Origin: an uncultured Nitrososphaerales archaeon
GTDB taxonomy: Archaea > Thermoproteota > Nitrososphaeria > Nitrososphaerales > Gagatemarchaeaceae
Assembly: GCA_963706445.1 (NCBI GenBank)
Contig: OY970160.1
Location: 352,001-416,000, forward strand
Direction of reading: 5' to 3'
Length of the DNA: 64,000 nt
Every line of letters begins with the position of its first letter. The first letter of the stretch is position 1. Positions 56,762 to 64,000 of the stretch are shown in pieces. The position numbers were made by a program, and so were the translations under genes. The notes beneath the pieces were generated by a model. The model searched no databases, had not been told where the DNA came from, and saw only the letters and a list, made by a program, of their open reading frames with translations.

Positions 56762-57739
56762 TTGTCCAGTCCTTCTCAGGCTTCCCACTCATTGGATGAT
56801 TCGCCCGCTGATTCCGGGCAGATAATCACCGTTCAGCACCTCATCAAGAGGTACGGTGAATTCATCGCTGTCAACGACGTCTCCTTCTCAATCAGAGAGA
56901 AAGAGATCTTTGGAATCATCGGGCCCAATGGCGCAGGCAAGACCACCATGGTCGAATGCATCTCGGGGCTCCGCACGGCCGATTCGGGCTCGATCAGCAT
57001 CTGCGGACTCTCTCCCAACAAGGACAGGAACAAGATAAGGGAGTTTCTCGGCGTTCAGCTCCAGGAGAGTTCCATGCCTCCGCGCCTCAAGGTGGGGGAA
57101 GCAGTGGATCTCTTTGCCTCCTTCTATCCAAAACCAGTGGACCCTGATGGCCTGCTGGAGACCCTTGGGATCAGAGACGTCAAGAATTCCATGTACAAGA
57201 AACTGTCTGGTGGTCAGAAGCAGAGGCTGTCGATAGCGCTCGCCTTGGTCGGGAACCCAAAGATTGCCGTTCTAGATGAGCTGACCACGGGGCTCGACCC
57301 GGAGGCTAGGCGCGAGACTTGGGCGCTCATAGAGAGCATCAGAGGCCGCGGCGTTACCGTGATACTCGTGACCCACTTCATGGACGAAGCCGAGAGATTG
57401 TGCGACCGCCTCGCCTTAATCAATCATGGCAAACTTGCAGTGTTGGATACACCTGAAGCGATTGCCGCGCTGGCAGGAGGGAACAGAATGAGGTTTGTCC
57501 CTTCGCAACTGGTCGACGACAAGACTCTGTATGCCATATCCGGTGTGGTTGGGGTGGAGAGAAAAGAAAGATACGTCACCGTCACCGGCACCGGTGATCT
57601 AGCGGCGTCTGTCATCGACTCACTTGCGAGAATTGGCGTGCACGTCTCAGACATCGAGGCTAGAGGAGGGAACCTTGACGATGCGTTCGTTAAGCTGACC
57701 AGGGACGCGTCCGGCGCTTCAGGAGGGGTCCAACCATGA
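56762..57739 (+). CDS. ABC-2 type exporter ATP-binding subunit (start uncertain)
   Basis: GPNGAGKTT, LSGGQKQR, LDELTTGLDP, VTHFMDEA. Confidence 0.92.
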   Translation: MSSPSQASHSLDDSPADSGQIITVQHLIKRYGEFIAVNDVSFSIREKEIFGIIGPNGAGKTTMVECISGLRTADSGSISICGLSPNKDRNKIREFLGVQLQESSMPPRLKVGEAVDLFASFYPKPVDPDGLLETLGIRDVKNSMYKKLSGGQKQRLSIALALVGNPKIAVLDELTTGLDPEARRETWALIESIRGRGVTVILVTHFMDEAERLCDRLALINHGKLAVLDTPEAIAALAGGNRMRFVPSQLVDDKTLYAISGVVGVERKERYVTVTGTGDLAASVIDSLARIGVHVSDIEARGGNLDDAFVKLTRDASGASGGVQP

Positions 57740-58515
57740 CCTCTGTCCCGAGCGAATCGAAAGGTAAGGAATCACGAGGCCACTTCTCCGAACTCCTCAA
57801 GGTCGAGGGAAAGCTCGCCCTGCGGGAACCGACAGGATTGGTGATGGGAATCGGTGTTCCGACCATCTTGCTTGTGGTATTCGGCCTCATTGGAATAGCC
57901 AACCCAGGAAACGTCGCCAACACAGGCTATACAGTCTTGGACCTATACGTTCCTGTAATCATGGTCATTGGTTTCATTTTCCTTGGAATCGCTCTCTTGC
58001 CTAACACAATGGTAAGGTATCGGGAGATCGGGTGGCTGCGAAGGGTTTCAGTGACTCCAGCGCCTCCTTCTAGACTACTCGCAGCTCAATTGATCGTCAA
58101 CCTTGTCCTTGCCTTGGCCACAATCTTGATCGCCATCTTTGGAAGCGAAATAATCTTCGGGACGCCACTTGACGTAGCCATCCCGTATTTTGTTCTGTCA
58201 GTCGTCCTTTCGATTGCGGTGATATTTTCTCTTGGCTTGGTTGTCGCGGCCCTGGTTCCATCCCAGTCGGTCGTAAGCGGGCTGGGAGGAGGGTTGACCT
58301 TTCTGTTGCTTTTCCTGGCGGGCCTCTGGGTTCAGCCTGCCCAAGTGGGCGGGCCATTGGCGACGATCATGTATTACTCTCCGTCTGGAGCAGCTGCGAG
58401 GGCCTTACTCAGTTCGGTCTTCAATGCCACCCCTCCCCTTGAGACCCTGGTGACAATGGTCGCCTACACAATCTTCTTCACAGTCGTGGCTATCCGTTAT
58501 TTCCGCTGGGAGTAA
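57736..58515 (+). CDS. ABC-2 type transporter permease
   Basis: Multiple TM helices, YRE.G.LRR...TP, FRWE terminus. Confidence 0.9.
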   Translation: MTSVPSESKGKESRGHFSELLKVEGKLALREPTGLVMGIGVPTILLVVFGLIGIANPGNVANTGYTVLDLYVPVIMVIGFIFLGIALLPNTMVRYREIGWLRRVSVTPAPPSRLLAAQLIVNLVLALATILIAIFGSEIIFGTPLDVAIPYFVLSVVLSIAVIFSLGLVVAALVPSQSVVSGLGGGLTFLLLFLAGLWVQPAQVGGPLATIMYYSPSGAAARALLSSVFNATPPLETLVTMVAYTIFFTVVAIRYFRWE

Positions 58516-58546
58516 GACCTAAAGCCGGTCTTGGGGTCTCGATTCC

Positions 58547-59329
58547 GTGGAGAAGCATCCGAAGAAAGTGATGACCTCCGTCTACCAGCCGGGTAAGACG
58601 ATGATACTTGGGGTTGTTGAGATAAGCGACGAAGCCGGATCCCTCTCTGAGGTATCTGGCATCCTGTCAAAGAGAGGGGTCGACCTGAGGCAGAGCGAGT
58701 CGTACTCCTCGGCTGGGAACAAGGCTATCTGGAGCTTCATCGGGGAGGTGCAGCAGGGCTTCGACGTCAAGACCATGGAGAAGGCCTTCCGTGCATCACC
58801 CAAGGTGATGGATTGTGAGTTCGTGGAAAGTGACAGGGGGTTCTTGAGCAATACGCTACAATTCCCGGTCGAGACGACTGATGGTGGGAGATTGGTGCTA
58901 TTGAGCCCAAAGTTCCTGACCGCAGCCTTCGCTGAGATGAAAAGGATCTTCGGCACTGGAGGCAACAGCCTCCTCTACGACGAGGGTCTGGCTTTTGGGC
59001 GGGAGTACGCAGCTAGGATTCCCCCCGCACTCATGGCGCTAGGGATGGAAAGGACGATGAAGAAGCAGAAGGACCCCATCGGCATCTTCGTCTCTCTGGG
59101 ATGGGGGATGCTCAAAATGGTTGAGGCAGCGCCTGACAGGTCAAAGCTGGTGATCGCGATCGAGGACAATTTCGAAGCTGTCGAGGCGAAAGCCGCCTCT
59201 CCCAACTGTCAGTTCATCAGGGGATTCCTCGCCGGAAGTTTCTCGATCGCCGTGGGGAGGAAGCTGCAATACACTGAAACCGAATGCATCGCTGCAGGCG
59301 CCCCTGCCTGCAAGTTTGTACTGACGTAG
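58547..59329 (+). CDS. ACT + V4R domain protein
   Basis: ACT-like D.AGSL.EVS..L...GVDL; V4R-like GWG, C.F.RGFLAG, ETECIA.G...C.F. Confidence 0.8.
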   Translation: MEKHPKKVMTSVYQPGKTMILGVVEISDEAGSLSEVSGILSKRGVDLRQSESYSSAGNKAIWSFIGEVQQGFDVKTMEKAFRASPKVMDCEFVESDRGFLSNTLQFPVETTDGGRLVLLSPKFLTAAFAEMKRIFGTGGNSLLYDEGLAFGREYAARIPPALMALGMERTMKKQKDPIGIFVSLGWGMLKMVEAAPDRSKLVIAIEDNFEAVEAKAASPNCQFIRGFLAGSFSIAVGRKLQYTETECIAAGAPACKFVLT

Positions 59330-59355
59330 AACCCTCCGTCATCGGACCCGTTTCG

Positions 59356-59829
59356 CTAGTAACTCGGAGAGGACATTCTTCCCCTCGCCCCGGCGAGCTG
59401 GAAGATCTGGACCACCGTGATACCGATCCAGGCGACGACCAAGACAAGGATCACCAACCACAGGGCGGTGCTCCTTCCGGTGAACCAGTTGACCACTATC
59501 AGGCCCAGTATGAAGATCCCCAGTATCATCCTAGTGATCCGTAGGGCGATGCGATTGTGCCTCTGGCCGGCCATTCCTCCGGATGAGCCTCCCGCTCGCC
59601 GCCGTTCCTCCAGCTCCCTGAGGCGCCCCTCGTTCAGGTAGTACCTCCCCCCGACGTCGACGAATATCCCAGTCTGCCCGAGGCGCCTTTTCATTGCCTC
59701 CTCAAACCTCGGGGGGAGTCCAAGCTCCTGCGCTGTCATGGCCTTCTCAGCGCCGGTGGCTCCCTTCTCCCTGAACCTCCTAGCCATCTCCTCGACCCTT
59801 TGCATCCACTGTCCGGGCTGCCTGAACAC
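59356..59829 (-). CDS. Hypothetical protein: soluble N-domain plus two C-terminal TMs
   Basis: FREKGAT..EKAMT..ELGL, YYLNE; two hydrophobic helices. Confidence 0.7.
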   Translation of the reverse strand: MFRQPGQWMQRVEEMARRFREKGATGAEKAMTAQELGLPPRFEEAMKRRLGQTGIFVDVGGRYYLNEGRLRELEERRRAGGSSGGMAGQRHNRIALRITRMILGIFILGLIVVNWFTGRSTALWLVILVLVVAWIGITVVQIFQLAGARGRMSSPSY

Positions 59830-59853
59830 GATGCTGAGTTCCTCTGAACTGCG

Positions 59854-60114
59854 CTACTTCTTTTCTTGACCGGCCTTCGACTCTGGGGCCGTCTCGGGCA
59901 TGTCCGTCATGGGTTCCGGGGGCGGTGTCGTGGCCATGGTGTACCCGATCCATGCGAGGATCAACAATATCGCAAGAACGGCGACGAAGGCAGTGACCTC
60001 CAGGACCCTAAGGGGCCAGTAACAGAGTAGAAGGCCGTAGATGATTATCCCCAGGATACTGCCAAGTAGGATGCCTCCGCCAACCGCTCTGTCGTTGGCC
60101 ATCTTGTAATCCAT
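59854..60114 (-). CDS. Small two-TM membrane protein
   Basis: Two hydrophobic helices, then WIGYTMATTPPP; TTATAT about 20-25 nt upstream. Confidence 0.75.
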   Translation of the reverse strand: MDYKMANDRAVGGGILLGSILGIIIYGLLLCYWPLRVLEVTAFVAVLAILLILAWIGYTMATTPPPEPMTDMPETAPESKAGQEKK

Positions 60115-60481
60115 GTCGATTCTATCTGCCCATATAACGATTGTCGGGTCTTTCTCACTGACTGGGCGCGGGCCGCCTGGCTCAGGAAAGTCGGGGAGAT
60201 GAGCAGCGCAGCGATCAGCAGGAGGGCGGCTTTGCGGCCGTTCAGATGCCCGCTTGGCGATGCGACATCATACCTTTTACGTGTGTATAGATTAGACGCA
60301 CTTTTCCAAACACCCCCCAAATCGGGCTTCAGCTTATTAAAAGAAATGAAGGCCCGACGGGAATCGGAACCGTTCACCGGCTACCTTTCGCTGTCAGACG
60401 ATACGTTGATACTCTTTCAGGCGCGTTCAGTTAACGATGCCCGTGCGAGATTTGAGGATGGGAAACGAGGCCAAGGTTCGA

Positions 60482-60916
60482 TTAAGGTCGCAGAAACCTT
60501 AGTCTTTCAAACCCATGAAGCCTCTCCTCGAACTCAGAATCCGACAACTCGCTGAAAGGTTTGTTCTTGAGATAGTTGTAGCGCTCCTTTGCTAGTTTCT
60601 CAAATTGAGCTTTCTGTATTTCTCCCTTTGCGAGCCTAGTCTTGATTGTAGTTATCGGCTCTGTATGAGTCTCCTGTTGCGGCGAAGACAGTTGCTTTGG
60701 ATTTGTATCTTGTTGCGATTTATGCTGAACGGCGTTGTCGTCAGTTGAAGCGGGTCGACTGGGGGTGCCGGCCTTTGCTCTGCCTCGTGACAACTCAAGT
60801 ATTTTGAGATATGCATCGTTAAGTTCCCTAAACCGTGATTTTACCTGATCGAAAGTGGCATCTGGAGACAGGCCCAGAGTCGCGTAGTTTGTCTCTTCAT
60901 CATCGGAATCGCTCAC
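60482..60916 (-). CDS. Degenerate J-domain-like protein lacking HPD
   Basis: NYATLGLSPDATFDQVKSRFRELNDAY; low GC. Confidence 0.55.
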   Translation of the reverse strand: MSDSDDEETNYATLGLSPDATFDQVKSRFRELNDAYLKILELSRGRAKAGTPSRPASTDDNAVQHKSQQDTNPKQLSSPQQETHTEPITTIKTRLAKGEIQKAQFEKLAKERYNYLKNKPFSELSDSEFEERLHGFERLRFLRP

Positions 60917-61032
60917 CCAAAATCACCCTGCCATTTGCCTCAAGGTAGACCTTGATGGCGGCGTAGGCTGTCACAGTTCATCTTCACCAGGCATGGAAAG
61001 CGATAATTCTCTCCGTCTTTGAGCAATCTTGA

Positions 61033-61703
61033 TTGAGTAATGATGGGCAGCAGGGCTCCCCCACTGTTAGGGGAATGTATCACCTTTTCCTCGGGAACGC
61101 CACCTTCATCCTGCTTTTTGCCGTCACAGCCATCGTAGTAGGACGGACCCCAGGGCCCGACGGGTACGGCCTTTACACCGTCGCCGTGGTCATCCCACCC
61201 TTTCTCTTCAATTCGATCAGGCTGGGGCTGGACACCGCCGCCACGAGATATGCGGCGAGGCTGAAATCTGAGGCGAAGGAGAGAGAGGCGACCCTGTTCG
61301 TCTATGCCATGGTGATATTCGAAGTGGGGTTGTCGGTGGTTTTCACCGCCGTTTTCTACCTGCTCTCGGGGATACTGGCGTCTAACGTCCTCGACAGGCC
61401 CCAGATAGCTGGGCTGATTCTCCCCGTGGCGATGCTCTCCGTGGTCGGGCAGGCGGCGTACACGGTGACGACCTCCGGGTTGATCGGCTGGGGAGGTACG
61501 ACCGGGCGGCTGTCTTCCAAGCCCTGCAAGCCCTCACCAAACTCGTTGTCTCGGTCGGGCTGATCCTGCTCGGCGTCGGTGTCCTGGGTGCCGTGGCGGG
61601 GTACACGGCGTCGTTCCTGGTCTCGGGGGTCCTCGAGATCCTACTCGTGGTGACGCGCTTGTCTAGTTCGCCAGCGCCGAGGGTTGTCTCGGCAAACAAA
61701 TGA
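61033..61703 (+). pseudogene. Oligosaccharide flippase (Wzx/MOP family) pseudogene, frameshifted and 3' truncated
   Basis: GP.GYGLY, LG...A.TRY.A; frameshift near 61488, continuing as LGRYDRAAVFQALQ..GAVAGY. Confidence 0.8.
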
Positions 61704-62178
61704 AGCCGAGATCAGAGCCTCCTCCAGGTCGGCTATTTTCTCCACCTTCGCCAGCCTGACTATCTCGTTCCCGGGCGGGATGACGAGCAACCGCGTACTC
61801 CGCCGTGCTCGATGATGAACCGCCGGAGGGCCTTCTGAAGCTCGGCCACAGCCGGGAGCGCTGTCTCTCCGCCTGCCAGAAGGGGATGAAAGCCCTCATC
61901 TCGCCGTCCTTCATCTGTATGAAGCAGGCCCTGTTCCTGAGCTCTGACTCTTCGAGGATTATCTCTACGTTTCGGACGGCGTCCTTGAGGAGTGCCTTGA
62001 GGGCGTCCTGGGGACGGGCTCGGGGACGATCAGCAGCACCAGCACCCAGATGACAGCGAGAGCGAAACCGAAGGACGCTATCGGGACGCTGTCGGCGAGG
62101 AAGAAGCCGAGGGCCGAGATCACTGCCCCGATAATCAGGAAGTCGATGCCGACGAGGGTGTTACGCTCCCACCTTCAC
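61690..62178 (-). pseudogene. Membrane protein pseudogene with several frameshifts
   Basis: Pieces NTLVGIDFLIIGAVISALG..., QDALKALLKDAVRNVEIILEE..., LLVIPPGNEIVRL in shifting frames. Confidence 0.6.
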
Positions 62179-62299
62179 AATCTCGGAGACCTGAGGCTTA
62201 AGCCCTTCACACGCGGCCCCAGTCTTTGGGTTCCTTCCCGCAGGTCCCATGGAGGGAGTTGGGCACAACATTATATCAGCCACCATATCCCGCTTCCCT

Positions 62300-62704
62300 G
62301 TGTTCGTGAGAATAAAGAGGACCCGCGCCAGGAGGTATGCGTACCTGGTCGAAGGCAGGAGAGAGGGAGCCAGGGTGAGGCAGAAGGTCGTGTGTTACCT
62401 CGGGCCGCTTTCCAAGGTTGCCAATGGGGTGCCTGAACAGGCGAAGACAGCCGCGGCGCTTCGTGGAGTGGACTGGACCATGGTGAACGAAACCATCCGT
62501 CGGATCCCCCTCAATTTCGAGGAGCTGTCTGAAGCTAGACGAATGAGATACCCTGAGGCGGTCGAAGGGAGGCGTCAGGGATTCCTGACGAGCGGAATCC
62601 GTGAGAGGGTGGGCGGAGAAGGTGAAGCTCTTGCCAGGATCTCGGAGGTCAGGTTCCGTCAGATGTTCACGGATGTGGGAGCGGGCAGGTACAGGATGAA
62701 ATGA
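62300..62704 (+). CDS. Hypothetical protein with N-terminal beta-sheet DNA-binding-like motif (resembles IS1634/integrase-associated N-termini); putative antitoxin/regulator
   Basis: FVRIK....RYAYLVE..REG..VRQKVV.YLG; GTG at 62300, TTATAT at 62271. Confidence 0.6.
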   Translation: MFVRIKRTRARRYAYLVEGRREGARVRQKVVCYLGPLSKVANGVPEQAKTAAALRGVDWTMVNETIRRIPLNFEELSEARRMRYPEAVEGRRQGFLTSGIRERVGGEGEALARISEVRFRQMFTDVGAGRYRMK

Positions 62705-63285
62705 AGAAGCGACCTATCCCAGCCCCGCGGGACTTTGTATCCCGATTGGGTAGAGAGCCGAACGAATTGAAAAAGAAACTACTCCTGTTGGGCTATCTGT
62801 CGGAGCGGGTGTCGAAGAAGGGAGGGTGCATCTTCCTTGTGGGAGGCGAAGCCGTTGAGACCTACACCGGTGGGGTCTTCACCACAGGCGACATCGACAT
62901 CACGACGACCGAACAGCAGCCCACCGAGGAGCTGCTGGCCAAGATGGGCTTCAACAAGGAGGGCATGATCTGGGTCAGTCCCCGTATTGGCATGGCGGTC
63001 CACATCGTCGCGTCCTACCCAAGGAGGAGCCTCAGAGCTCGGACGATCGAGGTCGATGGATACTCTGTCAAGGTCGTGGGCGTGGAAGACCTGATAGTCG
63101 ACAGGCTAGCCGCTGCAAAGTTCTGGAAGAGCGAGCGCGACTTGGAGCAGGCGAGGGCCATCCTTGGCTCCTTTCGAGATTCGATTGACTACGGCTATCT
63201 GAAGGGGATCGCTGCGGAGGAGAATGTCCAGGATTACTTGGGGCGAGCCAAAAGGAAGAGCAGTCCTCTCAGGAAGACGGACTAA
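62701..63285 (+). CDS. Nucleotidyltransferase-fold protein (AbiEii/DUF6036-like)
   Basis: LVGGEAV..Y.....T.DIDI, EDLI.DRL, D..QA. Confidence 0.78.
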   Translation: MKKRPIPAPRDFVSRLGREPNELKKKLLLLGYLSERVSKKGGCIFLVGGEAVETYTGGVFTTGDIDITTTEQQPTEELLAKMGFNKEGMIWVSPRIGMAVHIVASYPRRSLRARTIEVDGYSVKVVGVEDLIVDRLAAAKFWKSERDLEQARAILGSFRDSIDYGYLKGIAAEENVQDYLGRAKRKSSPLRKTD

Positions 63286-63511
63286 TCTCCGTCTCAGACG
63301 GCCCCCTTTCGCCAGCCTGTAGTACTGGTGCTTTCTATAGAGGGACAGCCCAAACCCTTACAAATTCAGAAGCGACGATTGAGGAGAAAAAGGGTGCTCA
63401 TCAACACTTGGCCTACGTGGGGTTCGTGTGCCAAATCCCGCCAGAACTTGAGCGTTCGCGTTAATCCTCAGGTGGCAACGCAGTCAGATGCGGGGGTCTC
63501 GTCTCAAGTTG

Positions 63512-63736
63512 CTACATGTCTGCATTGGCTCTCATGACGACGGTCCTGAAGTCATGGCTGCCTCCCATTATTCTTCTGGGACAGCGGGTCCCCACCCCCC
63601 CGGGGGGGCTTTCACAATAGGTGCAGGCCATCTCTTTGTCCAATATGACGTAGGAGTGGAGCCCCCTCGAGAAGAAGGCAGGGCAGCCAGTGCTTGGTAA
63701 TCCCTCAGTAGCTCCGCAACTCTCGCAAAAATGCAT
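63512..63736 (-). CDS. Small protein with two tandem C-x2-C-x10-C-x8-H zinc-finger-like repeats
   Basis: CESCGATEGLPSTGCPAFFSRGLH and CTYCESPPGGVGTRCPRRIMGGSH; ATG at 63736. Confidence 0.6.
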   Translation of the reverse strand: MHFCESCGATEGLPSTGCPAFFSRGLHSYVILDKEMACTYCESPPGGVGTRCPRRIMGGSHDFRTVVMRANADM

Positions 63737-64000
63737 TATACCTGGATTGATGTTCGAAGGAGTAGTTAGGTGTTCCCTAACGAAAGCCGTCGCAGTTTCA
63801 ATCCCGGAAGACCGGGTCAAGCTGCGTCGCCAGCGCTTATTAGTTGCGACTCGAACGAGGCTACTGGTCGCAGGTTGGCATCTTACCATAAGCGAGCGGA
63901 GAAGAAGGAAGAAGTGAAGGGGCACAACCACCCATTCAGCGAGAAGTGCGGCCGCAATTGCCCCCGTAACGAGCACTACAAGCCTGTGAGGAAGCCGGAC

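Noticed and set aside
60150-60270. Signal-peptide-like stretch (RKAALLLIAALLISPTFLSQAARAQ) in ORF 60045..60377
   Set aside because: It has no convincing start or mature domain and overlaps the next gene's promoter. It may be a gene stub but cannot be supported.
63595-63608. C7G7 perfect palindrome
   Set aside because: It lies within the zinc-finger ORF (Pro-Pro-Gly-Gly codons) and has no loop or other support as a separate element.
63740-64000. N-terminal part of track ORF 63512..63976
   Set aside because: No recognisable motif and cut by the window edge; only the Cys/His-repeat part is supported.

Overview
This is a GC-rich archaeal chromosomal window. Gene content and order suggest Nitrososphaerota/TACK, and no ammonia-oxidation genes occur in it; the lineage call is inference only. 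It is mostly housekeeping: a thermosome subunit, a SUF operon, sdhACDB, the rpl22-secY-adk-cmk-cbf5 superoperon, a tRNA-Ser(GGA) with two BHB introns, dhs, glmS, an inverted rps13-4-11 block, rpoD-rpl18e-rpl13-rps9-rpoN-rps2, mvk-ipk-GGPPS-gltX, rpl7ae-rps28e-rpl24e-ndk-aIF5B-rps6e and the aIF2gamma-rpoE-spt4-rps24e-rps27ae block. An accessory, partly decayed region follows from about 54.6 kb. The most striking signal is two free-standing LAGLIDADG-like endonuclease genes, one intact and one broken by two in-frame TGA codons, sitting inside otherwise conserved ribosomal-protein operons. In both cases the adjacent ribosomal gene (3' end of rps9; all of rps28e) has sharply AT-shifted synonymous codons while the protein motifs are conserved. 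That pattern fits intron-less homing elements that carry a recoded, cleavage-resistant copy of their target. Other notable items are an Oxa1-superfamily (DUF106) protein with an extra TM helix plus Ig-like exodomain, a shared palindromic operator in the SUF operon, a k-turn over the L7Ae start codon, an NTase-kinase fusion coupled to a HExxH protein, and a small tandem C3H zinc-finger ORF. All calls come from motif recognition by eye; no database searches were run.
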